A DNA stretch of 29,333 bases from Armatimonadia bacterium (GTDB lineage: Bacteria; Armatimonadota; Zipacnadia; Zipacnadales; UBA11051): the NCBI GenBank assembly GCA_039683575.1, contig JBDKRC010000182.1, positions 1 to 29,333 on the forward strand, in the 5' to 3' direction. How positions within the stretch are numbered: position 1 is the first letter of the stretch; each line of letters starts with the position of its first letter. Positions 24,696 to 29,333 of this stretch are shown here, piece by piece. Under the pieces are notes generated by a model. That model was not told the DNA's origin, ran no database searches, and saw only the letters and a program-made list of their open reading frames with translations. The translations under genes were made by a program, and so were the position numbers.

Positions 24696-27600
24696 ATGAA
24701 AATCCTCCTGCCCCTCGCCTTCCTACTGGCCACCCTTTCCACCGCCTTCGCGCAGGCCCCCGCGCTGGAGATCCGGGCTCTCACTGCCCGCTCCGTCCCA
24801 CAGGAGACGGGGAAGACCTTTGACATCCAGCTCCGCTTCATCACGAATGTCCCTGCGGTCGCTGAGGCCAACGCTGGCCCGACCAAGGACGCGGAGAAGT
24901 ACCCCAGCAACAACCACCGCCTGAACCTCACCGGTCTCACCCGCACGATGCAGATGCAGGGCAAAGAGGCTCCGGTGCTGTCCTACACTGTTTACCTGAC
25001 CCTCACCCCCTCGCAGGGCGAGAAGCTCACCCGGACGCTCAACGTTGCCCCGCCAGCCCCATATCCCGCCGCCAAGCCCGGCAAGGTTGAGCTCACGATC
25101 ACCGAGCCCACCGGCCGCGACCGCAAGCTCCTCCCCGTGACTGCCGGTATCCCGCTGCCCAAGGGAGCCCTGTACAGGCCAGAGAACGCCAGCCTCGGCA
25201 ATCACCCCCTGCAGGCCCGCGCGGAGGCCCGCTGGGAAGACGGCAGCATCAAGTGGCTGCTCCTCGACACCCAGCTTGACCTCAAGGCCAACCAGAAGGC
25301 CAAGGCCACGCTCGAATACGGCGGCAACGCCTCCTCGCCGGCCATAGCCAGCCCCATCAAGGTGACCGATTTCTCTGGTCGCGTCGGCGTATACGTCACC
25401 ACTGGTGCCCTCGAAGCGACTCTCCCGCTCGTCGGGAATGCCGAGTTCAAAGGCCTGGGCACCATGACGAGCCGCCTCACTGACGCCGCCGGCCGCGCCT
25501 ATGACTTCACGCCCGAGTCGGTCACCGTGCTCGAACCAGGCGCTCTCCGCACCGTTGTCCGGATGGACGGCCACTACCGCGACGGCGACGCCCGCCACTT
25601 CATGGGCAGCTTGCTCGTCACGTTCTATGCCGGGAAGCCCTATGCTCGCGTGGATCACGTCTTCGGCAATGATATCCTCGCCCCCGGCCCCACTCCTGCG
25701 ACCAATCACGACCTCGTCCCTGACATGGTCGCGATCAAGTCGCTGTCCCTGGATCTGGCTACAGCCCCCAGCGCCAGCGCCACCGTTGGCGTCGTGGATG
25801 CCAATGCCATTCCCGCCCGTTCCGGGGCCCAGTTCGTCCAGCAGTTCGATGACAAGTTCGCTGGCGCGGCCGCCGGCAAGCGCCTCGCTGGCTGGGTGAA
25901 GACGGACGCCGTTAGCCTGGCCGTCAAAGACTTCTGGCAGCAGTATCCGAAGTCTCTCGCGGTCACCGACACCGGCCTGCGCCTTGGCCTGTGCCCCGAG
26001 ATCACGCCAACAGACCTCTACGCCAACAAGCCCGATGAGGAGAAGCTCTACTACAACCTGCGCGATGGCAACTATACCTTCCGCCGCGGCCTGATGAAGC
26101 GCCACGAGCTATGGCTCGGCCCTACCGCCGAGGCCGACGAAGTCGCCGCCCTCGCTGCCCGCCATGCCACGATGACCTGCCAGCCCGCCTATTGCGAGCA
26201 GGTCCAGACTGCCGGACACAACCTCTCCACCAAGCCTGCCGACTTCGCCATGTTCGACCAGATCCTCGGCACCGGCATCGACAGCTATCTCAAGCAGCGG
26301 GACCTCGATCGCGAATACGGCCTGATGAACTACGGTGACTGGTGGGGGGAGCGCCGCCTGAACTGGGGGAACATCGAGTACGACCTGCAGGTCGGCATGC
26401 TCCAGGAATACCTGCGCACCGGCGACCTGCGCTTCCTGTACATGGGAGAGGCTTCCTCGCGCCACAACACCGAGATCGATACCATCCACTGGGCGCCGGA
26501 GCCCACGCGCCCGCCCAACCAGAGCTACGAGCCCTTCCCCGGCGAAGTCTGGGTCCACTGCATGGGCCACACCGGCGGCTACTATCCCCGCAACTACAAG
26601 GACATGGAAGTCTACTCCCTCGGCTACGCCACCAACCGCGGCCACATGTGGGTCGGCGGCAACTTCCTGTACGGGATGCTCTCCGGCGACCCCCTCGTGC
26701 TCGACAGCGCCAGGCTCTCTGCCGACTGGATGTCCGGGCCGAACTGCAACAACTTCGACTTCGGCAACGCCCGCGAACCCGGCTGGATGGGTATGGCGGT
26801 AATGAGCGCCTACCGCGCCACCCGCGACCCGTTCTACCTCAACGCCGCTGACATCATGTTCACCAAGGTCCATGAGAAGGCCCAGGCCACGAAGCCCGAA
26901 TATGGCCTCTACTATCACATCCTGCCCAGTGGCCACTGTGACTGCCCCGCCGACCAGAAGCACTACGGCGAGGCTGGCTTCATGGCCGGAGTGCTCATGA
27001 GCTCCATGAAGCGCTTCTACGAGGAAACCGGCCGCGAGCAGGTGGCCGATGACATCGTGGGCATCGCCAAGCTCATCGTGGACACGATGTGGGTCCCCGA
27101 GGAGAATTCCTTCCGCTACACCTCCTGCCCCAAGACCACCGTCAGTTCCAGCAGCGGCGGCATCATTGACGAGGGTCTCGCCTTCGCCGCCAACCGCACG
27201 AACAACGAGGAGCTGCGCGAGATCGTCCGCCTGAGCTTCGCCAACGCCATGCTGGCCCTGCAGAGCACCGGCGGCGGCGGGAAGTCCGCCGGCTATCTCC
27301 TGCATTCCATGCCGGGTGCCATCACCGAGATCGGCAAATTCCCCGGTCCCAGCTTTGCCGAATACTATCAGCGTCAGCTACGCGAGGCCCAAAGTCCCGC
27401 TCTGGCCACTCTCCCCTCGCTCATGCCCAACCCCGACTTCGAGGAGGGTATCAACGGTTGGGTCCCCCGCACCGGCTTCCGCCTCGAACCCGTTAGCGAC
27501 ATCACCCACTCAGGCCATGGCGCGGTTAAGATCAGCGGCTCGGGCAAGCTACAAAACGAATACATGGTTACCCGCTACGCCTGTGGTCCGCCCTGGGAGA

Positions 27601-28289
27601 TCATGGGCTTGCAGCCCGGCCAGAAGTACCGGCTCTCCGCCTGGATCCGCGTGGACGAGATCACTCCCGGCACACCAGCCGTGAACCTTCGCTGCGCCAT
27701 CCGTGATCGCGGCCAGACCAGAGATGCCTATGCCACCACCAGCTACGACCTCAGCAAGCCCGGCACCTGGCAGCGCCTCACCTGCGAGTTTACCGCGCCG
27801 GCCTATACCACCAGCGCCTACGTGGCGATAAACATGAACACCAAGGAAACCGTCAACATCATCATGTACGCAGATGATCTGACGCTCACCTCGGCCAGCG
27901 TGCCCGAGCCGAGCGCGGTCGTCTACAACGCCGCCACCGCCGAACAAGCTACCCTTGCCGGTGGCGCCAGGCTGACCGCGGCCAGGAGTGGCCCCAAGTG
28001 GCAGATGATCTCCGGCGGCGGCACCGCCACCTTCAGAGTCGCCGCTCCCGAGGGGCCCAGCGCGCTTTGGCTTCGCGCCCGCAACGACGGCCCGCCCGCC
28101 CGTTTGAGCCTCGGCTCGATGGGTATAGCTGAAGTACCAGAGGGCCCGTGGCAGTGGGTCAAGGTCACCCGCGACGGGCAGCCCGCAACTATCAACGCGA
28201 CCGGTGACCAGACGATAACCGTCACCTTGCCGTCAGGCAGCAAAGTAGGAGTGCAGAAGATCGTCCTCACCAACGATCTGAGCCGGTAG
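24696..28289 (+). CDS. Large secreted protein resembling exo-rhamnogalacturonan lyase (PcRGLX/YetA-like) with a C-terminal CBM-like domain
   Basis: Signal peptide MKILLPLAFLLATLSTAFAQ; PVTAGIPLPKGAL...PLQARAEARWEDGSIKWLLLD; KDFWQQYPK; YGLMNYGDW...WGNIEYD; NPDFEEGINGW (CBM4/9-like). AAGGAG RBS. Confidence 0.7.
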   Translation: MKILLPLAFLLATLSTAFAQAPALEIRALTARSVPQETGKTFDIQLRFITNVPAVAEANAGPTKDAEKYPSNNHRLNLTGLTRTMQMQGKEAPVLSYTVYLTLTPSQGEKLTRTLNVAPPAPYPAAKPGKVELTITEPTGRDRKLLPVTAGIPLPKGALYRPENASLGNHPLQARAEARWEDGSIKWLLLDTQLDLKANQKAKATLEYGGNASSPAIASPIKVTDFSGRVGVYVTTGALEATLPLVGNAEFKGLGTMTSRLTDAAGRAYDFTPESVTVLEPGALRTVVRMDGHYRDGDARHFMGSLLVTFYAGKPYARVDHVFGNDILAPGPTPATNHDLVPDMVAIKSLSLDLATAPSASATVGVVDANAIPARSGAQFVQQFDDKFAGAAAGKRLAGWVKTDAVSLAVKDFWQQYPKSLAVTDTGLRLGLCPEITPTDLYANKPDEEKLYYNLRDGNYTFRRGLMKRHELWLGPTAEADEVAALAARHATMTCQPAYCEQVQTAGHNLSTKPADFAMFDQILGTGIDSYLKQRDLDREYGLMNYGDWWGERRLNWGNIEYDLQVGMLQEYLRTGDLRFLYMGEASSRHNTEIDTIHWAPEPTRPPNQSYEPFPGEVWVHCMGHTGGYYPRNYKDMEVYSLGYATNRGHMWVGGNFLYGMLSGDPLVLDSARLSADWMSGPNCNNFDFGNAREPGWMGMAVMSAYRATRDPFYLNAADIMFTKVHEKAQATKPEYGLYYHILPSGHCDCPADQKHYGEAGFMAGVLMSSMKRFYEETGREQVADDIVGIAKLIVDTMWVPEENSFRYTSCPKTTVSSSSGGIIDEGLAFAANRTNNEELREIVRLSFANAMLALQSTGGGGKSAGYLLHSMPGAITEIGKFPGPSFAEYYQRQLREAQSPALATLPSLMPNPDFEEGINGWVPRTGFRLEPVSDITHSGHGAVKISGSGKLQNEYMVTRYACGPPWEIMGLQPGQKYRLSAWIRVDEITPGTPAVNLRCAIRDRGQTRDAYATTSYDLSKPGTWQRLTCEFTAPAYTTSAYVAINMNTKETVNIIMYADDLTLTSASVPEPSAVVYNAATAEQATLAGGARLTAARSGPKWQMISGGGTATFRVAAPEGPSALWLRARNDGPPARLSLGSMGIAEVPEGPWQWVKVTRDGQPATINATGDQTITVTLPSGSKVGVQKIVLTNDLSR

Positions 28290-28301
28290 TTGCCGCGTTG
28301 A

Positions 28302-28331
28302 TGCCTGTAGGACCGGTCACCAGACCGCGAT
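28302..28331 (+). repeat. Family B variant (GTAG-type REP), copy B3
   Basis: tgcctgtaggaccggtcaccagaccgcgat is 27/30 identical to the reverse complement of B1/B2, with a compensatory pair swap in the stem. Confidence 0.8.
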
Positions 28332-28359
28332 CATCAAACCTGTCGTGTGGAGGCCTGCC

Positions 28360-28812
28360 ATGGACCTACTCGCCCGTGACATCATGACCGAGACCGTAAC
28401 GGCGTGCGTACCTGATACCAGGCTTGAGGATGTGGTCAAGACCCTTGCCGAAAGCGGCATCAGCGGCATGCCGGTCATAGACGCCAACCAGAAAGTGGTC
28501 GGCATCATCAGCGAAAGCGACCTCCTGCTCGCCGACGAGAAGGAAGCCCCGCGCATGAAGACCGCGCTCTTCGGCTTCTACATCCTGCGCGAGAGCGTCA
28601 TGGACCGCATGGCCGAACTCCGTGGGGTCCTGGCCAAAGACATCATGACCAAGCACGTCATCAGCTTCCACCCGGAGACGCCAGTCCACGAAATCGCCAC
28701 CACCCTCGCTGAGAGGAAGATCAACCGCGTCCCCATCGTGGATGACGCCGGCAAGCTCGTGGGCATCGTCTCCCGCGCCGACATTATCAAGGCCATGGTC
28801 ACCGCAATGTAG
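28360..28812 (+). CDS. CBS-domain pair protein
   Basis: ARDIMT...ISGMPVID...VVGIISESDLL and AKDIMT...INRVPIVD...LVGIVSRADII. GGAGG RBS. Confidence 0.92.
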   Translation: MDLLARDIMTETVTACVPDTRLEDVVKTLAESGISGMPVIDANQKVVGIISESDLLLADEKEAPRMKTALFGFYILRESVMDRMAELRGVLAKDIMTKHVISFHPETPVHEIATTLAERKINRVPIVDDAGKLVGIVSRADIIKAMVTAM

Positions 28813-28860
28813 AGGCGCACCGTGGCGCGGCCGCCGTGATGTCTCACCACAAACACGAAG

Positions 28861-28897
28861 ACGGGGACGGTACCTTCGCGGTATCCGTCCCCGTTTC
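28861..28897. terminator. Hairpin between convergent genes, probable terminator
   Basis: ACGGGGACGG-TACC-TTCGC-GGTA-T-CCGTCCCCGT followed by TTC. Confidence 0.6.
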
Positions 28898-28913
28898 ACT
28901 ATCCGGGTCTATC

Positions 28914-29333
28914 TCACTGCACCGTCAGTATCACCTCAAGCACCAGCGCCTTCGTCTTCTCAGGCCGAACCGTGATCTTGCCCCTGTACTCCCCCGCCTT
29001 CAGCCCCTCCGGCACCACCACCCCGACCACGTAGCCCTGCGTCATATCACGCGCCACATCCACATGGCCCGGCGTGTCCCCGCCGTCTACAGCGGCTATC
29101 GTCACCGCCTCCTTGGCTATCTTCCCCGCCTTCCCCCTGAGCTCCCCCGCCGTCACTTGCACCGCCTGCAGGTCCTTCCCCACCGGCACCACCACAAACC
29201 GCCCCACCACCCGCTCCCCTGCCTTCGCCGCAAGCTTCAGCTCATTCCCTGCCTCCGCCGTCTCGCCGATCGCGAGTCCCCACTCCGGCTTCTTGTAGCC
29301 ATGCTGGCTCCAAAATGACCACACCCGCAGCCC
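28914..29333 (-). CDS. 3' end of a CDS truncated by the window edge; Ig-like beta-sandwich resembling GH123 accessory domains
   Basis: Frame is open to the right edge; AKAGERVVGRFVV...VPEGLKAGEYRGKITV...LEVILTV. Confidence 0.6.
   Translation of the reverse strand, partial: GLRVWSFWSQHGYKKPEWGLAIGETAEAGNELKLAAKAGERVVGRFVVVPVGKDLQAVQVTAGELRGKAGKIAKEAVTIAAVDGGDTPGHVDVARDMTQGYVVGVVVPEGLKAGEYRGKITVRPEKTKALVLEVILTVQ

Noticed and set aside
28809-28835. Additional GTAG REP overlapping the CBS gene stop codon
   Set aside because: The stem is short and imperfect and could be chance.

Overview
GC-rich bacterial chromosomal window from a probable carbohydrate-degrading organism. The taxon cannot be fixed from sequence alone. 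Left part: two paralogous YprA/MrfA-type DEAH-box helicases with DUF1998 zinc domains, separated by an HTH-nucleotidyltransferase (MNT) gene and what looks like a deleted, frameshifted HEPN partner. The first helicase has a putative LexA box in its promoter. Next is a minus-strand operon (secreted beta-helix protein, DUF6125-like protein, glycyl radical enzyme with no activase in the window), divergent from a class II aldolase and a fucose/arabinose-isomerase-like gene. The most unusual region is 13.97-17.39 kb: five co-oriented, unrelated small membrane-anchored ORFs, each followed closely by one of two palindromic repeat families. The layout resembles a cassette array, but there are no canonical attC sites and no integrase in view. 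Right part: Gfo/Idh/MocA oxidoreductase, second beta-helix protein, GT4-nikR-CDF transporter operon, SDR epimerase, alkaline phosphatase, large RG-lyase-like secreted protein, CBS protein and a partial CDS. GTAG-type REP hairpins and heptamer tandem repeats are scattered throughout, including in-frame inside both helicases. All protein calls come from motif recognition by eye; no database searches were run.
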